Of a stretch of DNA of 64,000 bases, positions 23,176-35,566 are shown piece by piece. The position numbers and the translations under genes are program-made. The notes beneath the pieces were generated by a model that was not told the origin of the DNA, did no database searches, and worked only from the letters and a program-made list of their open reading frames with translations. Within the stretch, counting starts at the first letter, position 1, and the number at the start of each line of letters is the position of its first letter. The stretch is from Moniliella sp. 'wahieum'. Taxonomy: Eukaryota. The DNA is taken from assembly GCA_003971905.1 (NCBI GenBank), contig RSEE01000131.1:1-64000 (forward strand), written 5' to 3'.

Positions 23176-25359
23176 TCACATCACCACACAACTCTCCTCT
23201 TGCTCGGACCCCGTGCTGGTCAACGCGCGCCGGCGACCAGGAATCAGACGCAGCCCACCCGTGGTGCCGATCGAATGGGAAACGTGGAACTGAGGCTGGA
23301 CACCCGAGCTGGATGGAGCGTCAAGGCGAGGTGAGGTGGCCAATGCCGAACTGCTGTGCGAGAGGGCGCGCTGATCCTCGTATTTCCCTAGGGAGGGGCG
23401 TGGGCCCTGGGACACAGTGGCATCGCGCGGGGGCGAAATGGTGGACGAAGCGACGGCAGCAGAAGACGTTTGTCTGTCCTCTGCCGAAGGAGACGGAGAC
23501 GGAGAAGGTACGCGAGGTTGGACCGTGTGGTGCCGACGGCCCTTGAGGTGCATGCGCGAGGGCACTTTGAAAGCCGGGGCGTGCAGGCGTGGCAACTTAT
23601 CCAATCCCGATGGCTCGAAATCGTCAATCGGCACTTGGGGCAAGAAATCCACCCGCTTCTCCACAATCATCGGCGCGATCTTCTCTTCCGGATTGGGGTT
23701 CCAAGCACTTCTCTCGCGGATCATATCGGCCCGCTTGGGGTCCACGCTGGGCGACAAGGCGAGCGCGGCGCGCACCGCTCCAAAGCTGGCCATGGGACTG
23801 GGAGTACGTGCGCCAAGCGAGTTGTCGTTTTCATTATCCGTTTCGTCCGCCTCGTCCGAGTTGACCGAGACGGTGCTGCGACTGAGGCTGCGAACGATGT
23901 TCAAACTGGCCTGCACAGCGCGTGGCGCTCCTCCTCGTCGCCTTCCCACGACGCAATCGAAGAAGGACGCCGGGACCGACTGGCAGCAGATTCACGACGG
24001 GCGCGAGTTTCCAGCTCCGAGCCAACAGGGCGCTCAGGGAGCTTGCTGCCCATCGTGACCGTTGCACTGCGAATGCGAGAGGGGGCGGTTAGCCTGGACC
24101 GAGAGGGAGAGGCTCGGCTCGGCGCCTTGGGACACAGGCGCCCGAACGGGCAGGGTGCTACGCCGAGGGGGGGTGAATGCCGTCGGCGTAGACCGCCCGT
24201 CTTCCACGGGAGTCTCGGCAAACTCTCGAAGCGTCTCAACTGTACTTTGGCGTGAGATGGGTGCTCAGTCTTGGCCGTTGAAGCGTTGGAAGGCAACTCG
24301 CCTTTGCCGGAGTGGAGGGGCGAAGGGGAAGGACGTCCACGGAGCATGTCCGGGGAAAGCACAGCATCCATGATAGTTGGGGGGACAGTCGTGGTCGGGA
24401 AGGATAGCTGCGAGCTGGTCCGGCTTGCGTCCGGAGGAAGGGTACGAATGGTAAGCGTGCAGGCCGATCCATTGTAGGTGCGGTCGGCTGGGCACGTTTC
24501 TGGCGGCGCATGCCTAAAAACGAGCGCTTCTGTTGGAGAGAGTCTCCGGAAAGGCCCAGCTTCCCACCGGTCGCATGGGACTCGTGTTGGTTGTCGGCCA
24601 TGTGCTGAGCAACATGCACGTCCTGGTACCGGCTCAGATACTTGGGCGGAAGGAAACTCGAGTGCAGCCACAAGCACAGGCTCGTCGACGCCCAACTGTC
24701 CTTCCTGAGCGGCTGCGCCGAACTGTGACGGTGGGGGAGAACAGGGCAGGGCTTTGCGCGGCCAGCTCGACGATCCGGGGCTGGTAGCGTGTCTTGGGAA
24801 CACGCACTGCCATCTCCTCAAGAATCTTGCCGAGCACGGCAATGGCCACGTCACGCGGGTAATCGTTAGTCGGTCAGGATCACTCCACACAGCGCGTCCT
24901 GCTGCGGACGGCCCGAGGAAAGGACGACATAGTCAGGTTGTTCCACTTGGACTTGGTCGTTGTGTGTGGTCTCCTCTGCCAGTTCCTGCACAATAGAGAT
25001 GCATGTTAGCTACCGGACACATACGATCCAGACGAAGGTGTAGCGGTGAGGAGGAGGCAGAGGCGCACCTTGGCGTCGGCCATCATGCGGGCCTGCATTC
25101 CTTGACGACGGACCCAGCTAATGGGGTTGAGGTCCCAGACGGCCAACAGCGGGATGCGCGGTATTGTCGTCCTGGTTGAAAACGATGGCACCATCTGTAG
25201 AAAGGGGGAGGGGGTACAAGGTCAGCACGAGGTGGCGGGTGGGCAGGGGTAGGGGTTAATGAGAAGCAGCCGAGACAAGGTGCTCACATAGATGCCTTTG
25301 TAGTGAGGGAGAAGAGGCCAAGCGAAACGGCGATGGAACGTGTCAGTAAAAACTGCCAT
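23176..25359 (-). CDS. Hypothetical protein, multi-exon (intron 25195..25287 and a second near 24986..25024), Ser/Pro-rich C-terminus; 3' end uncertain
   Basis: MAVFTDTFHRRFAWPLLPHYKGIY splices in frame to MVPSFSTRTTIPRIPLLAVWDLNPISW. Protein-like blocks follow: DYPRDVAIAVLGKILEEMAVR and RERSAWNPNPEEKIAPMIVEKRVDFLPQVPIDDF. Confidence 0.6.
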
Positions 25360-26219
25360 TGTGCCTTGAGGCTGGGACGCATGGAAGAGGAGGGGACGTA
25401 CATGGTGGAGGGGATGGAAGGGGGTGAAGGTGCAGAGTGGCGGTGGTGGTCGGATGCCAAAGTCGGGGCGAGGGTGGGTACGGCAGTGGAATAAGAGGCT
25501 GACGGGCGGATGGTGATGCTGGCGGGGCTGGGGACGGGTGATACGGGGGATGGGCCCAGAAAGCACATCTGGCGTCCGCAGCTGTCCAGCCCCACCCTCC
25601 ACTTTTCTCGTCCTCCAAGGAGCAGCGCCTGTCAGCCTGTCAGGGCTCCTCGGTGGCTGCTGGTGCGCTCACCGATGATGCTCGCCAGCGCAGTCTCTGC
25701 TCTGTCTGGTCTGCTCTGATCTGGTCTGGTCTGCTCTGCTCTGGTCCGGTCTCGTCTGGGCGCTGGATGTGGGTCGTCTGAGGAGGCAAAAACGCACAAA
25801 TCCAAAGTCGACTGTCGGTGACGCTAGCTACGTAGCGAAGCGAAGAAAGAGGCTTGGAGTGTGGGTGTCGTAGTGGGGGCAGCCGAGGGGGCCTCTTACG
25901 ATATTGCCGAGTGGGGCGCTGTGCCAGGGGCTGCGGGTCCGCGGCAGCTCGCAAGTGTCCACCGCCCCACTGGCTACGACCCCCCCTCCGGCCCCCAAAC
26001 GCGGTGAGGCGCCAGTGTCTGGGACCAAGTCGGCCCACCGCCACCAGCGCAGAGGCCGGCGTTGGACGTTGGACGTTGGCCAGGAGCCCCAGCACTGCAT
26101 AGCACTGCCCAGTCCCGGAGGTTGGATAATCATGATGATCACGGTGATCGAGGGCTCAGTCGCTCAGGGCTCAGGCGCTCAGGCGCTCAGTGAGGCTCGG
26201 ATGATGCTGACGAAGCTTT

Positions 26220-26247
26220 TTGAAGCTTGAAGCTTGAAGCTTGAAGC
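26220..26247. repeat. (TTGAAGC)4 heptamer tandem repeat
   Basis: Directly visible; a similar array lies at 60023..60041. Confidence 0.9.
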
Positions 26248-28146
26248 TCGAAGGCAGAGGACATCGGACACCAGATGTGTGTTCCTCACGGCACAACGGG
26301 TGATGCAAGTGTACCCTGCCTAGTGCACCTTCCCAAAGCAGACGGCAGCTCTTCGATACCGAGAAAATCCCAGTACTCACAGAGTGAGTCGAGTCGGTGA
26401 GTCTTTCAGCAACGGAGTAAAATAATGACGGTACTGATGCATGATGCATGATGAGTGAAGCACCTGTGCCTGCGTCCAATGTGTCTCAATAGACCTACGG
26501 CCTAAGACGCTCTCGAGAAACGGGGTGTCTATCAGTATCTTTTTGTGTCGTTTATAATAGTAGCGCGTATTGACGCGAGCTTTTGATCGCCACCGTACGA
26601 CAGAAAGGATCGATGATGCAGATGATGCAAGTGGTACAGGTGATGCAAGTGATGCAGGTGATGCACGGTATCTATATGTTACCCGCCGGGAGGACTCAGT
26701 TGTGAGCCAATGGCCGACTGTCCACACTCCGTTCCCACGCCCAGCTCAGGTTAATAATATGCCCACCCCCGTTCATGTCGACGATCGATGATCAATGACG
26801 CGATAGCGTGTGTTTACGACGGATGGATGATGCCGACAACGCGAGCAGACCGAGGGGCCGGGAACAAAAGGGCGGATGGCCTAAAAGGCCTGCTAAGTAC
26901 GAAGGCCAAAGGTGAGACGAGGGTGATGCAGGGTGGCCTTGGTGAAGGGTGAGCCGAGCGGTGAAGCTTGAAGAATGGGAACACAATGAAGGACAAAAGA
27001 GGCTAATAAATTGGCAGCTTGGTGGGGTGACTTGGGCGTGTGACTCCGCCGGTGAGGTTCGGAGTATATCGGCTCTGTACGTAGTCCCTGCTAGCCCAAA
27101 TTGGAGATTTGTTTCTTGCTCGCAGATTTCAGACTGAAATCTCAGACTCACCGATCTCAGATCTCAACGGCGTTAGTCAGGCTGAGGTACCCAATAAGTC
27201 TACCCAACCTTCCGGCCCTGCAAGTGGCGTGTGCTAGCCAAGGCGGCAGTACGAGGCGTGTCTTTCAGCTTTGTCCCAGTCGTCAACAAACCATCCGCTC
27301 CGAGGGACGAGAGGGACAGTGGCTAGAGTGACTAGTGACTAGTACTGGCCAAGCTTTTCAAGTGTTGGTTCATTTATTCACTGGGTTGCCACCACACAGG
27401 CCACTATACCCTTCTGGTGACACACAGATCATAGTACAGTGTTTGCTTATTGAAAGAGGCTGCTGCTGTAGTATACTTTGTGTTGTGTGGTAGATGTTGG
27501 ACTGCACGCGTTACGGCGGGTTTGCCTGTGAAGGAGCTGAAAAGCTCAAAAAAGCTGAGAAAAGAGATCACTCTCAGCTATTATATCAGCTCAGCGCTGA
27601 GCTCAGCCTCAGCTCACCACCGTTCGTCGACGGACGGGTCGACGAGTTGGCAGTCTCGACAGTAGGCTGTATAACAGGTAACATGCATGAATGCAAAATG
27701 TGGCTACCGACGGCAAGGCAACAGCGGCCAGTGCGACAATACCATAATCAGCAACTCATTCACAGTCGGCATCCCATCAATTGACCAGCTCCCCTCTTAC
27801 CTGTTACCTGCGCAGCCCTCCCATTCTGTGCATGATGTAGAAGACCAAGCACACCTCGAGCCCATCTTCTGGATCTCCTTCAACTTCTCCCTCCCTCCGC
27901 GAGTCCGGGGACAAGTTGGCAGATTGCGCTGGGTCGGCAAGCACGGTGATAAGATGATGATTGATATTTTTTCCTGCTGTTGGCTCCGTAGTAGACATTT
28001 GAGTAGATACACGGGATCCAGTCCCGCCCGACTGTGTTGAGCGTGGGTCCCAGGTGCAGGGTGTTAAACAGAAAAAAAACAGCGTAGTGGAGTGTAGCGC
28101 AGAACCGCGGCAAGGCAACGCGTTGACCTGATCGCCGGCCCCAACG

Positions 28147-29555
28147 TCAATACTCTAAATAAGGCCAACCCATCGGGGGTTCATCGCCGTTGTAGGAGGA
28201 CCTTCGGCGCCTTCGGTGCTCTCCATAATGGCAGTCCATCTCGACCGCCTCTTCTTCGTCCATCTGACGGAGCATTTCGCGAATGCGGCGTCGCTCTTCC
28301 GGATCGCTTATAGAGTCATCATAATCGGGCTCGGGATCTTCGGCATACGGCCACGAGTTCGCTTCATCGTTCGGCAACTCCTCCGCTTCTCCATACTGGT
28401 TCGAACTAAAGTCTTGACGGATCATGTCCATCACCGCGGGTTGCAGTGGCGACCTACCACCAGGCGAAGGGTCAGCGTAGCTCGAATTACCCAGACCAAT
28501 CGCTTCCCGTCCCTGTTGACGCCGAGCACCAAGCAAACGACGTTCGGCATACGGCCGCGAGTTCGCTTCATTGTTCGGCAACTCCTCCGCTTCTCCATCC
28601 TGGTTCGCACCAAAGTCTTGAAGGATCATTTCCCTCACCGCGGGTTGCAGTGGCGACGTACCATCAGGCGAAGGGTCAGCGTAGCTCGAATCACCCAGAC
28701 CAATCGCATCTAGTCCCTGTTGACGCCGAACGGCAAGCAAGCGACGGCGCGTCTCGGGGCACATCATTTCCTCCGCCGTCATGTTAAACTCAAAGGGCAA
28801 CCCCTCGATCTCGTGAGCGTAGATGCAGTCATCTGGGCGGGGGGGGGAGCAGGCGACAGGTGAGCCTCGTGGCCACAACCCGATGAAAAGTACGGGCAGA
28901 CGTAGGACGTACCAGCAAAGGGGCAAAAGATACCTGTGCAGTTCTGCAGCGAGGAAAAAAAGTCCGTGCACAGCTTGTGGCGAGCGGCTTGCCTGAACCG
29001 ATCGACAAGGGCACTCTTGTCGGTCCCCATTGGGAAAACAGAGGATGGGATCACAAGCTGGCTCAGCTTGCGGCACATGGGACACAGTCTCCGATGCGCA
29101 CCCCCACCGTCATCCTCGGCCGTGACAAACGGGTCGGCGTCCTCAGGGACCGCGGTACGCCACTTTAGGATGCACTCGTGGCAAAACACGTGGTCACAGT
29201 TGTCCAAGAGCCCGAATGTGGTGGGCACCTCGTAGCAAATGGAGCACGTGGGGCGCATGGGCGAGGACGAACGGTCGGAATAGACAGATTCCATCCCATC
29301 CTCACTGGCAGACAGGTCGGATCGGTCGTGGGCATACCAGCACTTGTTGCCGCGTTCGCAGTAGCCGGCCATGTAGTATCGGCACGGCTCGGGGCGCCTG
29401 GAGCGGTCGCGAGTAATTGCGGCCAAGGATCGCGGGTGGCGGAAGGGGCAAGCGGCGCCGCGGAGGCAGCCGCGGGGGGTGCCGTAGAACTTGCAGTCCG
29501 GCGTGGAGCTGAAGGGGTAGATTGGGTCGTCCATCGGGTAGATTGGGCCGTCCAT
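28147..29555 (-). CDS. MKRN: Makorin-type CCCH/RING E3 ubiquitin ligase; intron 28833..28912
   Basis: Two C3H fingers (CKFYGTPRGCLRGAACPFRH; CRYYMAGYCERGNKCWYAH), a C3HC4 RING (CSICYE..FGLLDNCDHVFCHECILKWR...CPMCR..SQLVIPS) and a C-terminal C3H finger (LCTDF...CPFA|DDCIYAH). Confidence 0.92.
28339..28746. repeat. 204-bp tandem duplication (2 copies, 68 aa) in the makorin C-terminus
   Basis: TTCGGCATACGGCC(A/G)CGAGTTCGCTTCAT occurs at 28339 and 28543; the peptide RRLL..RRQQG..AIGLG.SSYADPSP...EAEELPN.EANS.PYAE appears twice. Confidence 0.95.
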
Positions 29556-29841
29556 CGCTACTTGGTGGTGGGGGGGGGGGGGGGGGGTGTGCAAGCAGCA
29601 GGGCGTGGTGAATCAGCGTGTATGCTATCAGGCCATCAGGATGACCGGTGTCTGATGATCTGATGGGTCTACTAAGTACTAATCCCTGCTGCCTCCAACA
29701 CAAACAACACTGCCTGCCGCGTCGCGCTGGGGCATTGCATCGGCGGGATAATTCCGCCCCTTCCGCGCTGGGGCCGAGCACACCGAGCGGAGTATGCTGG
29801 CTGTGCACGCATGCTACGCCGCCTCCCGCCCACCTCGCCTG

Positions 29842-30410
29842 ATGGCCAGCCCTGCGTCGCCACCCGCGCCCGCGCCCTCCCCGCCCGCGGGCTGGGGCCT
29901 GCACTGGGCCCGCACGTGCCTGCGCCGATGCCCGTGCTGGACTGGGAGCTGCTGCCCAACGCCTCCCTCGCGCCGCGTCCGCGCGCGCGCGCCCGACGCC
30001 GCCCCCCGCGCCTGCGCCCGCCGTGCCGCTCGCCATCACGCCCACGGAGCACGGCCTGATTGCCGGGATTGAACGCCGCGCGTTCCACACCCAGCTCGCC
30101 GGCTTCTTCGTGGGTGCGCTCGCCGGTGCATACTATGCGCGCGCCACGCGCCCGCGGCCTGGCTGGCGAGCCTACATCGCCGCCATCGCCCTCGGCATGA
30201 GCGTGTCGCCGCTGGCTAGCATCCCGCTCTCCATCTACTTTTCCAAGTCCTATTTGAGCCAGATCCGAGAGGATCCCCACTTGACCGCTGTAATTCGACA
30301 GAGCGAACGCCATCACATCCCCTTGGACCAGCTCCCCGTCCCCCGAGGCGCGGGGGCAGGACACCGCGGCGGCCGACTCGGCTTCGGGCTTGCCCCCAAA
30401 CAGTCCATGA
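29842..30410 (+). CDS. Hypothetical small two-TM membrane protein, divergent from makorin
   Basis: Hydrophobic segments LAGFFVGALAGAYYA and YIAAIALGMSVSPLASIPLSIYF in ORF 30023; both ends were inferred across frameshifts. Confidence 0.55.
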
Positions 30411-31133
30411 CCATTTCCCACTCAGCCATCCGCGACCAATGGCTCCTGTCGACCCATTCGTCGGGGGCCAGGGACGGTGCCAACACCAAACACTCTAACT
30501 CCCGCGTTCTCCCTCTCGCCCCCCCTCTCCATGCCAACTTTTGCCCTGTGATCTTCTGGCTTCGTGCTAATGTCCCTTGCTCCAAACTCCACCATGCTCT
30601 CGACATTGCGTTTTCATTCTGTCGCGTGCTGCTTTGCATGATGTATGGCGCTTCAAGCTTTAGGTGAAGCTTGAAGTAACCCCAGCCGTGTCTAGGCCCC
30701 ATCGGCCATCGCGCTCCTCTTGGTGATGGCCCGCCTTACCACGGTGCGTGCCAATTACCAAATGTGGGGAGTGCTAGCCCGCCCTGCCGTGTGACGTGGG
30801 AGGCACGCACGGCAGAGGAGATTCATGTCAACGAGGCAGTCGGGAGAGCAGGTGGACATCGGTATGGGCTAGACGTGGAACGGAGAGGTGAAAAGGCCAG
30901 AGGATTTATTGAAAGTAAGAGGTAAAGTGGCGCCACAATGTCCTGTAGCACGCCGCACACGGCACATTGCACTACCTCCCCCGCCGCCCATGGACTCAGC
31001 TGGAGAAATGATGGATTGGCTAAGTGGCCCACGCTCCGGCTGTGCGCACCTCTGGGGATCTCGGCGTAGGTGCAGCCACTAGCCAGCACGTTATTAGTTA
31101 CTCCGCCCACGACCATTGACTAGTGACTTCTCC

Positions 31134-32858
31134 ATGGTGGGGTGGACGCGCATGTTCCGGCTCTTGGTGCTGGCGGGGGCGGCGTTGACGTGTCCTGTCT
31201 CGGCGCATGGCAACCACGAGCATGCGAGCGAGGTGCAGGACGCGGTGGCGGTGGATTGGGCGCTATGGATGCACATTGGGCTGCAAGCGTCGATTTGGCT
31301 GGTGATCTTTCCATTGGTCATGGTCCTCGGGCTGGTACGACATCGGCTCCATGTGCCGCTGGGCGCGGCGGCGTTAGCAAGTACGCTGGTAGGGTACGTC
31401 TTGGGCTATGCGCATCGAGGCCGCCAGTTCCCCTCGTCGGCCCACGGTCCAATGGCAAGTTTCCTGTTCGTTTATCTCGTGGCGCAATTGGTGCTCGGGG
31501 TGTACTTGAAGCTGCACCGGCAACTGTTTGGGGCGCATGTGCATCGCATTCTCCTTTTTCTCCATGGTATTTGGGCCGTCTGTTCCCCATTTTGGCCTGG
31601 GCGCAGTGTCTTTTGGGCATTATCGCGTTCCGAGGCTGGTGCCGGACGGGAGAGTTGGGTCAATGCCTGGCCCATTACATTATGGGCAGCTCCATTTCGG
31701 CCTATGGCGTGGTGCTCGTGCTCTCCCTTTCTGCCGGCGGCACCGCCTGGCTCGCACGGCAAAAGATGGCCCAAGAACATTATGAAGCGTGGCTTATCTT
31801 CCTCTGGGGCATGTTCAACACCTTTACCGAGCATCGAGGAGGGCCATGGACACACAAGGATCTGCAACACACCATGATGGGCGTCCTGTGGTGGACAGGA
31901 GGCGCTGCAGCACTTTGGCAGACGCGCCATGGCCGCCGCTCCGTTTTCCCTTCCTTCATTCTCTTCTTGACTGGATGGGCCATGTCGGCGCACACCCAAG
32001 CTTTGGTTGGTCCCTCCCTCCCTCCCCTACTCTATCGGCACACAAATGTTCAGGATGTGGTACTGACCTGTTTTGCGCTGGGATAGATGGTGTCACGGAT
32101 GGTGCATACACTGTTCGGCTACGCACTGTGCGGAGCTTCCTTGGCGCGGATCATCGAGATTTGCTTTGTCCTCAAGGAGCAACGCAATAGCGACGAGGTG
32201 CCGACGGAAGGAGGGGCCGCAGTAGCTCAAGGACGGGAGGGCACGCCGACTGCCGGGCAACGTGCAGCTGCTCGCTCGCCGCGCATTTTCTCCTACTTGC
32301 CTGCCTACCTTATGGTCGCCGCTGGGATCCTCTTCATGTCGGGCACGGACGAGGAGATGCACTGGGCCGATGCGAATGGGATCGATGGTGGGACATGGGG
32401 CATGGTGGACTTTTCATGGGCGTTCCTAGTGTTTTTCTACACGTGTGCTGGTGGACCAGTACACGGCATGGGGAGGACGCTATGGCCAACGTACCGCCGC
32501 CACTCGCGCCATGGCGGAGCAGGACGCGGAACGAGGAGACCCAGCGTTGTACCATGCGATTGCGCCGCATGACTGTGACCGCGAAGACGACCACGGATCG
32601 GCGACGCTGGAGATGGAAGAGACGGGACTGAGGAGAGGAGCGGACGAAAGCCCCCACCACCACAGTCGCTCGCCCCAACCCGCGGCCGCCGTAGGTTCAC
32701 TGGCAATGCCATCTGCCGGTGGCGCGGATGCAGGCGCGTACGGCAGTGGGCGGGGGCCGGGGGACGAAGCCCACGTGCTGTGGTCGGCGTATGACGACGA
32801 TCCGTCGCGCGACCCGTTCGGGGAGGACGACGGGGAGGAGGATGCGGCGCTGGTGTGA
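31134..32858 (+). CDS. YTP1: Ytp1-family multi-pass membrane protein (DUF2427 + Ytp1); intron 32006..32086
   Basis: Signal peptide; LWMHIGLQ..IFPLVMVLGLVRHRLHVP; GQCLAHYIMGS; FNTFTEHRGGPWTHKDLQHTMMGVLWW; GWAMSAHTQ|MVSRMVHTLFGY; GILFMSGTDE. Confidence 0.92.
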
Positions 32859-33092
32859 GCGGAGCGAAATGTATTTTGCACATCACGTGTCTGTAGAGCA
32901 GAGGCGGGGCACAGGGGCAGTGCGCGGCGGCCATGTTGCAGCGATCGTAGAAGCAGCGCTGAGCGGGGCGGAGCAGTGCCATTAATCAATTAACCGCCAT
33001 GGGCCCGTTTAACCTTCAGTTGAGGGCCCACCTTTATTAGCCCCCCTGTCCCCGCAGCAGCGCCCCGCTGCCTCCGCCCCCCCCACCCCCCC

Positions 33093-35034
33093 ATGTTCGC
33101 CGCCAGCCTGCCGCCGCCCGTGCCCGCCGAGGGCCTGGACCGCTCCAGCACCGCCGCCGAGCTGCGCACCACCGTCGCCGCCCCTGCGCGCCAGCCTGGC
33201 CTGGCACGCCCACGCCCTCGCCGCCGCCCAGGCGCCCACGACGCGCTTGCCCAGCGCGCCGCCGACGAGGACAGCCAGGAGCGCGCCGCGCCGCCGCCAA
33301 CGGCCGCAACGAGGCTGTCCAGCTCATCGACACGCTCCGTGCCCAGCTGGCCCAGGCACGCGCCGAGCGCGACGAGCAGGCCGGCACGGTGCGCGACCTG
33401 CGCTTGCGCCTCGACGACTCGCGCAAAGCATTTATGCGCGTCCAATCCGAGGGCGAGCATGCTCGCAAGTCCATTGCCGACCGCCGCCGGTCCATCCCAG
33501 CGGGTGTGTCGGCCAGCGCTGGCCTTGTCCTCAGCCGCCGCGCCACCTCTCCCGCCCCCCCAGCTGACAAGGCGGCTGCCCACGAGGAGGAAGCCAAGGC
33601 CAAACGCGCCTCGAAGCGTGCCTCGCTCGCGTTTGGACCCAACGGAACGATCAACATGGCTGCCGCCCGTAACTTGGGTCGCACTTCGCATGCCCACACT
33701 GCGTCCACCACCCTCTCGTCGGCCAACGCCGCCGCGAGCTCCACCGACCGCAAGCTGCGCCGCTTGTCCCTGATCCCAGGCCCGCCCTCTTCCTCCGCCG
33801 CGCCGGCTTGGATGGCCTATGCAAGCTCCCCTCAGATCGGACCCGATGAAGCCCCCGCTGGCGGGGGCCTCCCTCCTGCCGCTCCGGCCAGTAGCGCTCT
33901 GGCCAGCCTGACCGCCACCGAACATCGTCGCCCCCCGCACCACCGCACATCCAGCAGTGTGAGTGGCACTAGCGCCTTGAGTTCCTCCCTCCGACCTATG
34001 TCCCCCTCGGCTCAAAGCACCGCTTCTTCTCGCGCGCCTAGTCCGCGGCCACCGCGCCTTCCCGCCTCTGCCATCCAAGCTGCTGCGGCGGCCGAGGCCG
34101 ACGAGGCGGCGGATGCGAATCGGCGCCGGTCTCGTATGCTGGGCACGGGGAGTGCGTGTTTCGAGGGCCCTGTGGGATCGGGTCAAGCGGGTCAAGCGGG
34201 TGTGACGTGCGAGCGACTGAGTGCGCAGCTGACCGCGCGGGGGGTGGAGATGGAGCATCTGAAACAAGAGATGCGTCGGCTTCGAGACGAATTGGACGAG
34301 GCACGCGAAGCTCGGGCGGCGTCGGAGGTGTGTCTACATGCGTTGCGCGCGTTTGTCGCTTCCCTCCCGCCGGAACCAGAACTAGGTGCGGTTCACGCCC
34401 CCGTCCCCGTAGGTGCAAGTGCCGTTGCTCATGGGTCCTCAACTGCTGCCGTCAGGTCCCGTTTGTCCCTCTCCCGGACGATTTGATGGGAGGTTCGCAA
34501 GCGGGGGATGAAACGATGGTGATGCCTCGCTCAAGGGAGAACGACCAGGCGCAGGAATCTTGGTCAACCAAGCTCGGTTCCATGTGGAGGCGGGCGAACC
34601 CACCGCGTGCTCCTCCTTCCACCTCAAGGGGACCGACGAACCCTTCGGAATCTACCAGATCCGGCTCTGACACACTGCGCGCTCGTCCCAACTCGTATGC
34701 CCAACAGAGGGCAGCAACCAGTCTGGGCATTCCAACTTTCCCAAGCTTGCACCCACCCCGGTCTTCCACTCCGTCGGGTTCGAATTCGTGGGATGAGCGA
34801 CCTGCGACCGTGCTGGAAGAGGAGGAGGTACGAAGAACAGGCACTATTATGCCCATCGACCCGCGGCTGCTCCACGGTTGTCACCGCCAGGCGAGAGCGC
34901 CGCCTCGCACCTGGAAGAAATTGCATTGTGACAGCCACATTGGCTTGTACCATACCGGGGTACTCTTTCCCTTCCCAGTCTGGTGGCTGCCAGTTTGGCC
35001 AGAGACTTTGGCCCATAGGAGGCAGTCTTGTTGA
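33093..35034 (+). CDS. Hypothetical coiled-coil protein
   Basis: Long ORF 33389..34486 with heptad-like blocks (VRDLRLRLDDSRKAFMRVQSE; EMEHLKQEMRRLRDELDEAREARAASEVCLHALRAFV). Upstream and downstream frames are linked by indels; the 3' end is uncertain. Confidence 0.65.
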
Positions 35035-35467
35035 ACCTTGAGCGCGATTAGATCGATTAGAGTAGAGCCAGGATCTTACTCCTCTAGTTGGCGACATGGA
35101 CCGGCTTATGGTACACGCCGGGCATGCTTTTCGCTCCTATTTTTAGTAGTAGGCACAGCAGATTTTCACCAAACCACCGTTCAGTTCCCATGCTGCTGCC
35201 CACACTTGGTTGATTCGCTCCGTTCTGTAGCTGATGGCTAGCCTGGTTCTGTACGGGGACGTACACGGCGAGAATGCGGACGCCTGGCCACGGAACATGC
35301 GCTGTTGTGGGTTCTGTGCTGAAGGCGGTGGCTCTCCCTAGCTGGCGTGTTTCCGCCAAAAACGAGTCAACTCAGAGGGCAAGCTGGGGGGGGGTAAATT
35401 GGCCTCCGCCCGAGGATCGACAGCAATTCAAGACCATTCCCATCGCAATTGCCACTGCCTGCCACTG

Positions 35468-35520
35468 CCACCACCACCACCACCACCACCACCACCACCA
35501 CCACCACCACCACCACCACC
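35468..35520. repeat. (CCA)n microsatellite just upstream of the DHHC gene
   Basis: Uninterrupted CCA run of about 53 bp. Confidence 0.95.
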
Positions 35521-35566
35521 GCCGCCATCGTCACCATTTCTCTCTTTTCCAAGGGTGTGCCTGACG

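Noticed and set aside
32990..34267. 425-aa minus-strand ORF, and similar long GC-rich ORFs such as 48804..49748 and 50966..51832
   Set aside because: They lie opposite better-supported genes and have Arg/Gly/Ala-rich shadow composition.
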